A DNA stretch of 62,686 bases, the filler included. It is 4 parts of 4 records of this genome, joined end to end, with 100 filler letters (N's around TTAATTAATTAA, not from the genome) between each part and the next. Parts side by side here need not be neighbours in the genome. Positions count along the whole stretch, not along the records: positions 1 to 14,964 come from SRR31156797_665; positions 15,065 to 33,167 come from SRR31156797_669; 2 more parts are not named here. One strand, given 5' to 3'. The notes under the pieces were generated by a model. That model saw only the letters and a list, made by a program, of their open reading frames with translations, did not search any database and was not told the origin of the DNA. The position numbers were made by a program, and so were the translations under genes. Below, in pieces: positions 9,801-19,176 of the stretch (position 1 is the stretch's first letter; every line of letters starts with the position of its first letter).

Positions 9801-10099
9801 AACAAATAGTTCGTTTTGGTTATTCACTTCAGTTTTCTCAAAGAACAACAGGGCTCTTTAATGCCTGCCACAATGCTTTATGGGAGATTTTAAAACATGA
9901 AAATAAAGTCAAAGAACTACTACGTGTTTATAGGTTGAGCTCACTTATTTGGCGTCTTTCAGAAAAGAGAATAAATGAAGAAGAATGTCTGAATGATTTG
10001 ATTGACATATTAGACTCAACTGGTTTTAAAGCGATGGCAACTTCTATGGACTATCAGTATTTTATTATTAGAAGCAAAGCCCTTATTCTGGAGGACTAG
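6815..10099 (+). CDS. Calcineurin-like metallophosphoesterase fused to a degenerate STAND-like P-loop domain and TPR-like C-terminus; putative antiphage protein
   Basis: SDLH, SGD, GNHD, THH, GHMH phosphoesterase motifs; CDWGMGKEG and FILDN Walker-like motifs; helical repeat C-terminus; main island cargo. Confidence 0.75.
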   Translation: MKNISWLHFSDLHIGCPKNEGSWSFIKADLYRDIEQIYDLSGKIDFVLFSGDVTFSGQPNQFSEASNFLHELWEKFDKLGSNPLFFCVPGNHDLVRQDSPSAAARMLKMWDDQPDMQKELWDEASEYYQFIKSSFANYQSWYDSIKLPKPELFKKGYLPGDFSSSFSANGVQIGIVGLNSAFLHFADLKQADGTALSKKQLSYVTDSDPHGWCDKNTISMLTTHHGPDWYTKSSKEEYRSEIYVPSLFYAHFYGHMHDPADISFSEGGSEERRMRQGVSLFGLEDTVYGKKRVHGYAFYNLDIDKDRVVESVKPRNALKLHDGRYKLTPNHEYDLDEENTLTRIFNFSRAEEQNKSINDAETETYATAVDTPITDEFSKEILDKIGNDTPSFDMRHAKIRISELKKASQLLQQTNFLWLKCDWGMGKEGFLGALLKHEIERKQRTVYRIDLDDVLVIDEVHSSSKERLGLNLEEFIANLPPEIHITFILDNISTELISNYGEELFKKIDILKDVHLNSQYICTSRYTAPSFIEDSVEILPLNVYDVKEYVSSNPNTTQDMLTEEYIDAISDKSGNIPMLLDNIIEKLRVVSLDEIYSDDYEFDGLTAYVAEPIPKSLQYAISKLENSSDSVSQRCYKLLKVLSFLPSGESLKTIRYTFQRAPFYPDYAVKLQDLSLINTTSSPLSLKLQAGSWLAVITKQEKILKVSRHIREYVISKMSNKEKEDIVKKITNILFGPDWRQGKLKMAKNKILSGRGVKSTGPGNEHALIKHVLRKATENNEKRDIDSALRIASTYCSKICNSNRYRDAVLATKEILTMVEGFDSQYIGSLCVTHGKALRMLSRRESAIEYLEYSIKTNLIKDKDDLVSAYINIACAYDSEGETDNAIAAANKVKELTPKGDSSFNQAESIIAEMNNKMDDLVDIEKKSRNKGHIVTANNIALTLASEEDDIDKKIQYYNCVIESKGDTYNTIRAASRKVKYMTKNNCLEKIDNRDKQIVRFGYSLQFSQRTTGLFNACHNALWEILKHENKVKELLRVYRLSSLIWRLSEKRINEEECLNDLIDILDSTGFKAMATSMDYQYFIIRSKALILED

Positions 10100-10255
10100 T
10101 AGGTGGAAAATGAATAAAGATTAAATTGCAGCAAAAATCATCAATATATTAGAACTGTTATTCCCAAATTGATAAATTTGACTATCAAAATTTTGATGTT
10201 GCTTTTCTTTTCATATCAAGGCGGACACGTTTTCAAGATAATATTTCCCTAGAAA

Positions 10256-10433
10256 AGGTGTCATACCCGTCATAGGCGTCACTGAACTCAATAAAAGCAC
10301 ATAATTTCAGTGATATAAAAGAATGACACCTAGAGTGACACCTATTTTTCAGGTGTCATCAGGTGTCACTACTAAAAATAGTCATGAAAACAATGACCTA
10401 CAACAGGAATGACGGCTATGACACCTGTGACAT
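10256..10433. repeat. Cluster of RTGACACCT iteron-like repeats (putative replication origin)
   Basis: Copies at 10256, 10274 (1 mismatch), 10323, 10335, 10351, 10361 and 10418 in both orientations, plus degenerate TGAC copies. Confidence 0.7.
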
Positions 10434-10854
10434 GTCTTTTAGAGGTCAGTACTGATTTTGCTTAAAGGGCTTTTATATTTTTTCATGGAGTTAACACCTG
10501 CGACCCAATTTCGAGTAAGCACAGTAGACTATGATTCGTACAGAGTAATGTGCTGTAGCTGTCCAAGCCAGTTTACCCAATGTTACACATTGGGAACTGG
10601 CGAGGGAGAAAAATCTCCCTTCGATCCCTCTTGTGTTTCAGAGCCGTGCAAGACTCCATTCTCTGCGAGGTTTGGACTCCATGAAGAATAATGAAGAGAA
10701 ATATACCGAGTTCGAGAACACACGTGTCACTCCATGAGAAAAGAAAATACTCAAGTTTCAGGCTGAACCAGAAAACTTGAGTACGATAATTGTTCGTGAG
10801 TAGAGCTGAGTCATTCACCAGTCAGGAAGACAGAGAGGAAAGACAAAAAACCAA

Positions 10855-11166
10855 TTACTTACTCAGCTCCGAAATCCCCGGTAACGGGGTCACATCTACA
10901 AAGCCTGAGGGATTCTGTTCAGCTTCCCACAGATCACGCTTACGCTGAAGGTTAAGCCAGAGATCAGGAGTGGTGTTGAAAGCCCGAGACAACCGTAAGG
11001 CCATCACAGGGCTGATACTGGTTTTCTCATGAAGTACTTGAGACAGGTGCTTGCGGCTAACCCCAAGATGTGCAGCAAGAGCCGTTACGGTAAGCCCTAA
11101 CGGTTCCATGTAATCATACTTTATAATTTCGCCGGGGTGCGTCGGCTTACGGGGAGTGGCGTGCAT
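10855..11166 (-). CDS. higA: HigA antitoxin (HTH)
   Basis: HPGEII...LAAHLGVSRKHLS...MALRLSRAFNTTPDLWLNLQ signature. Confidence 0.95.
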   Translation of the reverse strand: MHATPRKPTHPGEIIKYDYMEPLGLTVTALAAHLGVSRKHLSQVLHEKTSISPVMALRLSRAFNTTPDLWLNLQRKRDLWEAEQNPSGFVDVTPLPGISELSK

Positions 11167-11179
11167 GTTGCCTCCGTTA

Positions 11180-11458
11180 TTAGTGGTAGTCTTGATAGTT
11201 TACTACGTAGGCATGGCCGTTTTCAAACTTGAAAGTCAGCCGCCAATTGCCGGAAACCTTTACTGAATAATGATTCACAAGATTTCCCTTCAAAGGATGA
11301 AGACCAAATCCCGGTGCGTTCATATCCTGAACATCCGAGGCAGAATCCAATCTATCAAGCATGCGGCCTAGCTTGGGCGCGTGTTTGGCTTGAATGCCCT
11401 TTGTTGTTCCGGTTTTGAAAAAAGCTTCAAGGCCCTTGTGGGCAAATCCTTTAATCAT
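11180..11458 (-). CDS. higB: HigB toxin (RelE-like)
   Basis: MIKGFAHKGL...LHPLKG...SVKVSGNWRLTF...DYH; toxin-first order. Confidence 0.95.
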   Translation of the reverse strand: MIKGFAHKGLEAFFKTGTTKGIQAKHAPKLGRMLDRLDSASDVQDMNAPGFGLHPLKGNLVNHYSVKVSGNWRLTFKFENGHAYVVNYQDYH

Positions 11459-11460
11459 AA

Positions 11461-11479
11461 TGTAACCTCTCAGGTAACA
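11461..11479. promoter_or_regulatory. Probable HigA operator palindrome
   Basis: TGTAACCT-ctc-AGGTAACA immediately upstream of the higB start; TTGACC -35-like hexamer just upstream on the minus strand. Confidence 0.6.
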
Positions 11480-11496
11480 CTGGTCAATAGGCCGTG

Positions 11497-12717
11497 TTAA
11501 GCTCTTTTCTTAAATGGGATCACGCTGCCGCCATCACGCAGGCTATCCAGGTAATCCGCAAAGCTCTGCATCATCCGGGTGCGCTGTTCAATGTATTGGG
11601 CATGGTCATAAGCTGCGCGGACTTGGTTAGTCTGGACATGGGCAAGTTGACGTTCAACCATATCTTTGGGCCATCCAGTTTCATAGAGCAGGGTAGTGCA
11701 TGTTCCCCGGAACCCGTGATAGCAAAGCTGTTCTTTGGTGTAGCCCAAGCGACGTAAGGCCATATTTAAAGTGTTTTCAGAAAGCATGTTGGAATTATTC
11801 ACAACGCTAGGAAAAACATATTTTGAAGGTAGGCCAAGTTCTTTCACGTCAGTAAGAATCGATAGGACCTGATTTGAGAGTGGTACAATATGAGGCTTAC
11901 GCATTTTCATTCGTGTACTAGGCACGCGCCATTCCAGACGGTCGAAGTCAACTTCATCCCATGTCATACCGCGTATCTCAATTGAACGGGTAAAAGTATA
12001 CAGGCCCACCCGTAACGCCTGTTTAACAATGTGATGCCCGGGATAGTCCTCAATTGCTTGTAAAAGCTTGCCTACCTCTTTTGGGTCGGTGAGTGCTGCA
12101 CGATGTTTTCGAGTCTTGGTAATGGGAGGGAGAGCGTTTTTGACGATATGAACAGGATCAGTTTCAGATTTACCGATAAAGACGGCATAACGGAAGACCT
12201 GAGAGCATAACGATGAAACGCGCCTAGCTGTTTCGTGGGTGCCTTTGGATTCTATCCGCTGCAAGAGGGCAAGGATTTCTTTTGGAGTAATTTCGGCAAT
12301 AGGCATTCTACCGATGTATGGAAATACGTGATTCTCAAGACGCCCTTGATTGGTACGGTGGGTTTTGGGAGTCCACTCAGTGCTATTCTTTTTGAGCCAT
12401 TCATTGGCTACGCTTTCGAATGAATTGTCTTGCGATTCTTCGCTTTTCTTTACCTTCCTATCCTCACCCGGATCAATTCCTTTCGATAGAAGGGCTTTTG
12501 CCTGAACATGTAGATATCTTGCATCTGCCAAGGATAGTTCCGGGAACTTACCATATGTGATGTTGTTTTCTTTTCTGGTTACGGGACGTCTGTACCTATA
12601 AACGAATGTTTTGGTGCCGCTGGGAAGGATTAGTAAGCTGAGTCCGTTTCCATCAGAAATGCGGTAGTTCTTATCTTTAGGCTTTGCTGCCTCAATCTTC
12701 TTAATCGTTAACGCCAT
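11497..12717 (-). CDS. P4-like tyrosine integrase
   Basis: Arm-binding N-terminus (DGNGLSLLILPSGTK); catalytic R (TRSIE), HGFR, LAH and AAY. Confidence 0.95.
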   Translation of the reverse strand: MALTIKKIEAAKPKDKNYRISDGNGLSLLILPSGTKTFVYRYRRPVTRKENNITYGKFPELSLADARYLHVQAKALLSKGIDPGEDRKVKKSEESQDNSFESVANEWLKKNSTEWTPKTHRTNQGRLENHVFPYIGRMPIAEITPKEILALLQRIESKGTHETARRVSSLCSQVFRYAVFIGKSETDPVHIVKNALPPITKTRKHRAALTDPKEVGKLLQAIEDYPGHHIVKQALRVGLYTFTRSIEIRGMTWDEVDFDRLEWRVPSTRMKMRKPHIVPLSNQVLSILTDVKELGLPSKYVFPSVVNNSNMLSENTLNMALRRLGYTKEQLCYHGFRGTCTTLLYETGWPKDMVERQLAHVQTNQVRAAYDHAQYIEQRTRMMQSFADYLDSLRDGGSVIPFKKRA

Positions 12718-12734
12718 CTAACTGTCTCCGCTTT

Positions 12735-12785
12735 TGTGGGTAAATGTGGGTAACGGTTTTTATATTACCCACATTTTTACCCACA
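12735..12785. promoter_or_regulatory. Putative integrase arm-type sites (2x TGTGGGTAA, 2x TTACCCACA)
   Basis: Inverted pairs between the integrase start and the tRNA att site. Confidence 0.7.
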
Positions 12786-12839
12786 TATCAACGTGGACAA
12801 AATAGGATTGCGACGAACGGTAAAACATAAGAAAACAAA

Positions 12840-12864
12840 AAAGCCCCTGAATTTCAGGGGCTTT
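12840..12864 (-). terminator. Island-supplied terminator for the tRNA
   Basis: AAAGCCCCTGAA-T-TTCAGGGGCTTT hairpin followed by a U-run on the minus strand. Confidence 0.75.
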
Positions 12865-12897
12865 ACGGTCCTTATGGGACATTGCGAATCTATTTGA

Positions 12898-12974
12898 TGG
12901 CGGGCAATACAGGATTCGAACCTGTGGCCTTCAGCTCCGGAGGCTGACACTCTATCCAACTGAGCTAATTGCCC
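12898..12974 (-). tRNA. tRNA-Arg(CCG)
   Basis: GGGCAAT acceptor stem, anticodon arm TCAGC-CTCCGGA-GCTGA, GGTTCGAATCC T-arm, encoded CCA. Confidence 0.97.
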
Positions 12975-13345
12975 GCGCAGAAAGATTTACTATCCATCAG
13001 TATGCTGATCTGTCAAGGAAAAACTCCGATATTTCATGATCTGTTTGTGAAAAATTGAATGAATTTTAAACTTTTACGTTAGTTTAAGATTAATGCTGGC
13101 TTGCGGCTGGGCTGTAGCTTGGTTCTCTTGTGGTGTTAAATCTGGAATAATTTTCTTAATCTTACATTTGATGTGGCAAAATTGTTACAATTCATTGACT
13201 CAGACGCTTTGATTGAGTAATTTCGAAAATAACTTTTTTCGGAATCGCTTATATGGTGTTCGCTGTCGTTCATAAATATTCATCTGAAAGCTGGTTCCAT
13301 TGGGGTGGATTCTATTCTTTTGAACCTTTTGAGGCAGAGGGTGTT

Positions 13346-14911
13346 ATGAAGATCAAATTGCTGATTGGGGTTGGTGTGTGTGCAGTTCTGGGGGCGTTGT
13401 CGGTGTTTGCTGCTGCGCAGATCGGAACTGATTCGAAATTTATTTTACAGATTGCGGCCGGTGCTGTTTTTGGGGTTGTTTTGCTGGGTGGTTTTTTGAC
13501 TGTTCAGCTGGTGTGTAGAGGAACTTCAAAAAAATCAGCTGCGATTGTTGGGTATTTGCAGGGTGTTGTAGAAGGGGACTTTAATTCCAATAGACTTGAA
13601 TCCTGTGAGGGGGAATTCGGGCAGCTTGGTGAGCAGCTCTGTACTGCTATTGATGCATTGAAAAAGAGGATCGGTTTTTCAGAAGGGGTGTTGAATGCCA
13701 TTGCCGAGGCGTACCCGTTTATGACTTGCGATGCTGAGGCTAGAGTTAATTTCGTCGGTAACAAGCTTTTTAAAATTTCTGGTAAAAAGGGCAAGCCTGA
13801 TGATTATTACGGCTTGACAACCGGGGGGTATGTATACGGGGATAACTCCCGTAAAACAAGGACTGACCGTGTTGTGACCGAGGGGATCAGGATTGAAGGT
13901 GAGACCTCATTTGAGGGTGATGGAGGTCTGCACGAATTACAGTTTTCAGGCGAGCCGTTTTACGACCTTGATGATAAACTATGCGGTGCGCTGACTATTT
14001 ATTTCGATCTTACAGAGGTCAAGCAGCAGCAGCGTGAAATTCAGGAAAATGCCGAAAGGGTAGCAAGTGTTGCAGCCGAGCTTGTGGATATTACCGGGCA
14101 GGTGAATTCCGCGGCCGGGGTGATTGCGTCTCAGATTGGAGAAGCAGCCAAGGGTGCGGCTTTGCAGTCTGACCGTATTACTGAAACAGCTTCCGCCATG
14201 GAAGAGATGAACAGCACAACCCTTGAGGTTGCTCGTAACGCTGTTGATGCTGCGGACAATGCCACTGCCGCTGCTGAGAATGCTCACGAAGGACAGGATG
14301 AAGGCCGTAAACTGGTTGAATCCATTGAAACCATGAATACGCATGCCACAAATCTGGGTACTTTCATGAGTGATTTAGGAAAGCAGACAGATTCCGTTGG
14401 CAGTGTTATAACAGTTATTCAGGATATTGCTGATCAGACTAACCTGTTGGCATTGAATGCTGCCATTGAAGCTGCCCGGGCCGGTGAAGCGGGGCGTGGT
14501 TTTGCGGTTGTTGCCGATGAAGTCCGCAAACTTGCTGAAAAAACCATGACCGCCACCGATGAGGTGGGCACTGCCATTAAGGCCATTCAGGATGGAGCGC
14601 AGCGTTCAATTGAAGGTGTGCGCCTTGCAAGTGATGCAGTGGATCAGTCAACTGAAATTGCGCATAGCTCCGGACAGACACTTGAAAGAATCGCGGAAAT
14701 CGTTAACGGTACCTCTGATCAGGTCCAGTCCATCGCAACTGCGGCGGAACAACAATCCGCCACCAGTGAGGAAATCAATCGGGCAGTTGATGATATCAAC
14801 TCCATTGCCGCCCAGACTGCGGAAGGCATGCATGCCGCTAATGATGCCAGTTCCGAGTTGGTCCGGATGAGCGATGAACTTAATACTTTGATTAAACAGC
14901 TTTCTTCCTAG
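13346..14911 (+). CDS. Methyl-accepting chemotaxis protein (2 TM, HAMP-like, PAS-like, MCP signal domain)
   Basis: [38 protein letters not shown]; start moved to ATG 13346 after GAGG. Confidence 0.93.
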   Translation: MKIKLLIGVGVCAVLGALSVFAAAQIGTDSKFILQIAAGAVFGVVLLGGFLTVQLVCRGTSKKSAAIVGYLQGVVEGDFNSNRLESCEGEFGQLGEQLCTAIDALKKRIGFSEGVLNAIAEAYPFMTCDAEARVNFVGNKLFKISGKKGKPDDYYGLTTGGYVYGDNSRKTRTDRVVTEGIRIEGETSFEGDGGLHELQFSGEPFYDLDDKLCGALTIYFDLTEVKQQQREIQENAERVASVAAELVDITGQVNSAAGVIASQIGEAAKGAALQSDRITETASAMEEMNSTTLEVARNAVDAADNATAAAENAHEGQDEGRKLVESIETMNTHATNLGTFMSDLGKQTDSVGSVITVIQDIADQTNLLALNAAIEAARAGEAGRGFAVVADEVRKLAEKTMTATDEVGTAIKAIQDGAQRSIEGVRLASDAVDQSTEIAHSSGQTLERIAEIVNGTSDQVQSIATAAEQQSATSEEINRAVDDINSIAAQTAEGMHAANDASSELVRMSDELNTLIKQLSS

Positions 14912-14942
14912 TACGGTCCCGTACTCCATTGTCCGAAACAGG

Positions 14943-14964
14943 TCGCATTGTATATACAATGCGA
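14943..14964 (+). terminator. Palindrome after the MCP gene (probable terminator, cut by contig end)
   Basis: TCGCATTGTATATACAATGCGA perfect palindrome. Confidence 0.5.
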
Positions 14965-15064
14965 NNNNNNNNNNNNNNNNNNNNNNNNNNNNNNNNNNNN
15001 NNNNNNNNTTAATTAATTAANNNNNNNNNNNNNNNNNNNNNNNNNNNNNNNNNNNNNNNNNNNN
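14965..15064. other. Artificial contig spacer
   Basis: N-run with TTAATTAATTAA six-frame stop linker. Confidence 0.99.
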
Positions 15065-15332
15065 TTTGAGTAAAGATATAAAATCGAAAGTAAGAACAAT
15101 TAAGTAAATTGACATGTATGTTCGAAATATCTTTATTGCAATTAATCTTTAATAGCCCAATTTTCTATGTAATTTTACAAAATATCGCAGCAATAAACCA
15201 AAATCAGACAATTCACTCTACCTTAGAATAGTTGATTATTTTGATTTCAAATGGAACGAATAATAACTTGATTCTCGCGAAAAGAACGTAGATGAATTGA
15301 ATATTAATATTATATGCCATAAATTAAGAATT

Positions 15333-16022
15333 ATGGGAAAAGAGTATGCTACAGAATATAAGTATTATGGGCTCTCTGATTATAATATTGATGCAGTAGA
15401 AAAGAATTATTTATATGCTTCTTCTCATTTGGAACTAAATGATCCGTTCGATAGTATGAATAACTTGGTTTGCACTAAAAATGCCCCCTTGCCATATTTA
15501 TTCCAATTTTATGAAAAACTTGGTCACAATAAAGAAGAGATTAGAAATAATCCAGAAGAATTTAGAAATAAATTACAACTGGACTTTGCTTTATGGCTGT
15601 CCAATGCTTTTGGCATTCTTTCATTAACCAATAATCCTATTAATACCCAGATGTGGGCCCAAGCAGGCGAGTATCGAACTTTTTGTATGAGGGTTATGAT
15701 GGTATTTTGAATTTTATGCAAAGTGAAAAATGGAAAGGAAAACTAAAGAAATAGTAGCAGCTATAAGATTGAGAATATAGTGATTGAGCCCATTTTATAG
15801 TAATGAAGATTAGGCCATATGTACCAATTTAGGTTGATCAGCATCGTAGAAAAAGGGAAAGCTTACAGGACGATTTTCAAACAAACAAAACTCCCTATTA
15901 TAAAACAATTTCACAACAACTCTTCGACTATGAATACAATGGTGCTTTTCAGAACAGTAATTAGGGATTTGATTCTGCTACTCAATAGAAAAATTTTATA
16001 CTCAGATAATACTTTACCTTAG
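15333..16022 (+). pseudogene. Degraded DUF2971-like gene
   Basis: YKYY...LNDPFDS...GILSLT...QMWA resembles the family N-terminus; the expected HY...GFC continuation is missing and downstream frames contain many stops; 3' limit uncertain. Confidence 0.55.
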
Positions 16023-17599
16023 TTAAAACGATAACATTTTAGGTTAGAATTTTTTAAATATTGTTGAAAAAATGGGATATTTTTTAAATATCGTTTTGAA
16101 CCAACTATATAAAGATAGTCCTCCGCTCTTGAAATAGCTACATTTAATCTTCTTGGATCAGAAAAAAACCTTTGTGTTCCAGAATTTCTCGTTACAGAGA
16201 AGAATACTACTTGTGCTTGTCTGCCTTGGAATGCATCAATAGTATCAATTTCAATATTTTTAAAATTAATAGTTTCGAGGATTTTTGTTAATCTTCTTTT
16301 TTGTGCTTTATAGGCAGTTATTACTGCAATGGTTGTGTCAAGCGGCAACTTTTGTTCCAATTCAATAAGTTCTGTATAAATTATTTCTGCTTCTAAATAA
16401 TTTTCTAATTTTCCTCCGAGAGCAACCTTTTTTTTAGGAAATACTGACTTTGTGAAGTAGTCAATAAATATTACCGAGTCTTTGATGCTAACATTTCTAC
16501 CATTATTCAATTCATTATTATAAAATGTAGAAACCAAATCTCCAATTTCATTTGTCATCCTATATTGATAACTTAAGAAGGCTTTCTGCGATTCTGGTGC
16601 ATTTTTGTACATTCTATTAACGATGTTATCATTAATAAGTTTTTCATATATGTCGATTTCCATCTCTTTAGATACTTCAATTTCTTCTTTACAAAAAGTA
16701 GGAGGTAATTGGTTTGGATCTCCAACCAATATGACTTTCTTAGCATTTGTTATCGCAAGAAATATTTCAGGTAAAGTCGCTTTAGATACTTCATCAACGA
16801 TAACTAAATCATAAGGTTTATCCCCATCTTCCAAATAAAATCTTCCCATATGATTACAAGTTATTCCAATTACAGAAAAACTTTCAAGAATTAATTTATG
16901 AATACCTTGAAATTTAATTGATTCATCTTCAGACTGAGTAATGAACTCGTCTAATTCTAACAATTCAAGTAGTTTCCCTGCAATGTTGGGATCGAATTTC
17001 TTTAGTTTCTTTTCATAATGACTTATATGAGTTTTCAAATTTAAACTTCTAAGGTTTTTAGTATTGAATTTGCTTTTGGGGTAACGTAAAATCTTTAATG
17101 TTTTTGTATCAATTAATTCATTTAATCTCTCAATTGCATTATCTACAGCAATATGAGTCTCGGAGGCTAAAACAATTCTTAATTCAGGATCTTTGCTTAA
17201 ACTTTGGGCTATTATTTCGGTTATCACGGTTGTTTTACCTGTTCCAGGTGGCCCTTGAATAAGGAATAAAACATCACTATTTAGTGCTTTAATAACGGCA
17301 TTTTTACCTGATTCATCTAGAGAATGAACATTGTAACAATCATTGTAAAACTTCTGGGGAATGTACTCAACGGAATTTTCTGATAATTCCTTTTTAGATA
17401 GATCGTTGGAGGCCATATCGATAATCGAATTCAATAGTTCAATATTAAACGGAACCCCTAAAAGAACATCTGATAAAACGAATAACTGACGTCTATACTT
17501 TGTTTTTTGTCCATCATCTAACCGGCCATCGGAGAGTAAATTATTTAAAAAACTCTCCCAGTGATTCAAATGCTCAACAAAAAATTCAAATTTGTTCAT
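16019..17599 (-). CDS. Superfamily 1 helicase, Upf1/DNA2-like (AAA_11/AAA_12)
   Basis: QGPPGTGKTT, SETHIAVDN, VDEVSKA, LVGDPNQLPP, QYRM, DAFQGRQ, RRLNVAISRA. Confidence 0.93.
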   Translation of the reverse strand: MNKFEFFVEHLNHWESFLNNLLSDGRLDDGQKTKYRRQLFVLSDVLLGVPFNIELLNSIIDMASNDLSKKELSENSVEYIPQKFYNDCYNVHSLDESGKNAVIKALNSDVLFLIQGPPGTGKTTVITEIIAQSLSKDPELRIVLASETHIAVDNAIERLNELIDTKTLKILRYPKSKFNTKNLRSLNLKTHISHYEKKLKKFDPNIAGKLLELLELDEFITQSEDESIKFQGIHKLILESFSVIGITCNHMGRFYLEDGDKPYDLVIVDEVSKATLPEIFLAITNAKKVILVGDPNQLPPTFCKEEIEVSKEMEIDIYEKLINDNIVNRMYKNAPESQKAFLSYQYRMTNEIGDLVSTFYNNELNNGRNVSIKDSVIFIDYFTKSVFPKKKVALGGKLENYLEAEIIYTELIELEQKLPLDTTIAVITAYKAQKRRLTKILETINFKNIEIDTIDAFQGRQAQVVFFSVTRNSGTQRFFSDPRRLNVAISRAEDYLYIVGSKRYLKNIPFFQQYLKNSNLKCYRFN

Positions 17600-17602
17600 A
17601 TT

Positions 17603-17965
17603 TCAATAGATTGCGTATGCTAATGCTTTAGCATTATATATTTCATATTTTTTTAGCTTAGAAACAATCTCCTTATAAGATTTAGTTTTTATCGATTCTA
17701 TTTCTTCGTAGTTACTGCAATATATGAGCATTTCTTTTGTAAGATTTAATTCGCCATATATGTCATCTATTTCTAAAATTGAATAACTTATTAAATCTGA
17801 GAGTGCCTCTTTTAATCGATCTAATTCAAAAATCGAAAAAATGTCTTTAATTTCGTTTGTTCTGGAATAACCTAAATTAACCGAATACATTATCGCTTTA
17901 TGTATTGGCTTAATTTTATATTTATTAAAAGAATTACATGCTATTTCTAAATTTTCAACCTTCAT
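17603..17965 (-). CDS. Small protein, possible winged-helix domain
   Basis: Overlaps upstream gene by 4 nt, 3 nt before the helicase; IHKAIMYSVNLG...EIKDIF...LKEALSDLI helical pattern. Confidence 0.6.
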   Translation of the reverse strand: MKVENLEIACNSFNKYKIKPIHKAIMYSVNLGYSRTNEIKDIFSIFELDRLKEALSDLISYSILEIDDIYGELNLTKEMLIYCSNYEEIESIKTKSYKEIVSKLKKYEIYNAKALAYAIY

Positions 17966-19170
17966 TTTTTCAGAGAAACTTTTCTAAAGGAATATTCATT
18001 ATATGTTTCATTGTTTTTTTTAAGATCATCAAATAAATCATAAATTTTATCTGGTTTTAGATGATATAAGGTTTTATTCTTTAGAGATACTCTATGTTTC
18101 TCTCTTTGAATTTTTGTTATTTCAGGTGATAATCTTTTTCTAATTTGATCTTTTTCTAACCATGCAGAATCTTTTTTAATCTTGGTTTCATGGAATTTTT
18201 TAACGTAAAAATCGAAGTTGTCATAATTTTCTGATTCATGACATTCTCTCCTTAAAGCGTTGTACTTCTCACACTCCTCTGTTATTTCAATAGCTCTATT
18301 TCTTGCTTTTCGAATTGATTCCTTAAATTCATGTACTTTCCTATCTAAATCATCGCGATACTCTTTTTGAGGAAATATTTGATAAAAATGAACATTGTAT
18401 TTTGTAAATGAATCTTTAAAAGCCCTTAATAGAATTTTATGTTTTGAAATAAGATCATTCTTTTTCTTATAGACACCCTCATTTTTGTCTTTTAGTGTAT
18501 GAATAATTTCAAATATTTGATTTTTATATCTACTCTTAAGTTGAGTTAATTCAATAATTTTATCTCTTGTTTTTTGGTCATTTTCTAAACGAATAAAAAG
18601 TTTCCTCGTGCTTGCTTTTCTGAAATCGAATTGTTCATTGTTTTCATCGAGGTATGATAGCTTATTTTCCAGATTAAAATGATCTCTTAGATCTGCAATG
18701 CTGAGCAGTTCTAATTGTTTAAACTCTGGGTTTAAATTACCGATATAAATTAACCGTTCTTCATATCCTGAAATATGTTTATAAGTGAGAATCAGGTTCT
18801 CCACTAATTCTATTTCTTTATTCAAAAGATCGATTGAATTTGATAACAACATTATGTATTTTTCATAAAGTTGAATTTCTAAGGATACCTTGTATACTTC
18901 AAGTGCTGAATTAAATAAGGGAACAAACATGTCATATGTTTGATTGACTTCTTCAATTACACTTTTTATCATTTCATAGTCTAATTGTACATCTTTCTTA
19001 ACGCTTTCAATTGCTTCATTAAGTTCTTCTCTACATTTTTGTTCATAATTTCTTGTAGCAACCTGATAATCATAAGTAATTTCACTTAATTCTTTTACCA
19101 AGTTTTTCAATTTAGCACGCTTAGTCGATAATTTTTGTTCCTTATTTTTATTTAAAAAATACTCTAACAT
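17962..19170 (-). CDS. Coiled-coil hypothetical protein
   Basis: 402-aa K/E/L-rich ORF in a tight operon. Confidence 0.75.
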   Translation of the reverse strand: MLEYFLNKNKEQKLSTKRAKLKNLVKELSEITYDYQVATRNYEQKCREELNEAIESVKKDVQLDYEMIKSVIEEVNQTYDMFVPLFNSALEVYKVSLEIQLYEKYIMLLSNSIDLLNKEIELVENLILTYKHISGYEERLIYIGNLNPEFKQLELLSIADLRDHFNLENKLSYLDENNEQFDFRKASTRKLFIRLENDQKTRDKIIELTQLKSRYKNQIFEIIHTLKDKNEGVYKKKNDLISKHKILLRAFKDSFTKYNVHFYQIFPQKEYRDDLDRKVHEFKESIRKARNRAIEITEECEKYNALRRECHESENYDNFDFYVKKFHETKIKKDSAWLEKDQIRKRLSPEITKIQREKHRVSLKNKTLYHLKPDKIYDLFDDLKKNNETYNEYSFRKVSLKK

Positions 19171-19176
19171 AAATAT

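Larger units (their letters stand above)
6590..12920. mobile_element. 6.3-kb integrative island (satellite-like) in the tRNA-Arg(CCG) 3' end
   Basis: 23-bp att duplication, P4-like integrase next to the tRNA, TTACCCAC arm-type repeats at both ends, AT-rich cargo, TA module. Confidence 0.93.

Noticed and set aside
10256-10433. Repeat cluster as a CRISPR array
   Set aside because: Repeats are 9 bp, in mixed orientation, with irregular spacing and no cas genes
10458-10818. Short ORFs (77 and 81 aa) inside the island
   Set aside because: No recognisable motifs or clear RBS; they overlap on opposite strands
12777-12959. 60-aa ORF in the track
   Set aside because: Overlaps tRNA-Arg and the att region; spurious
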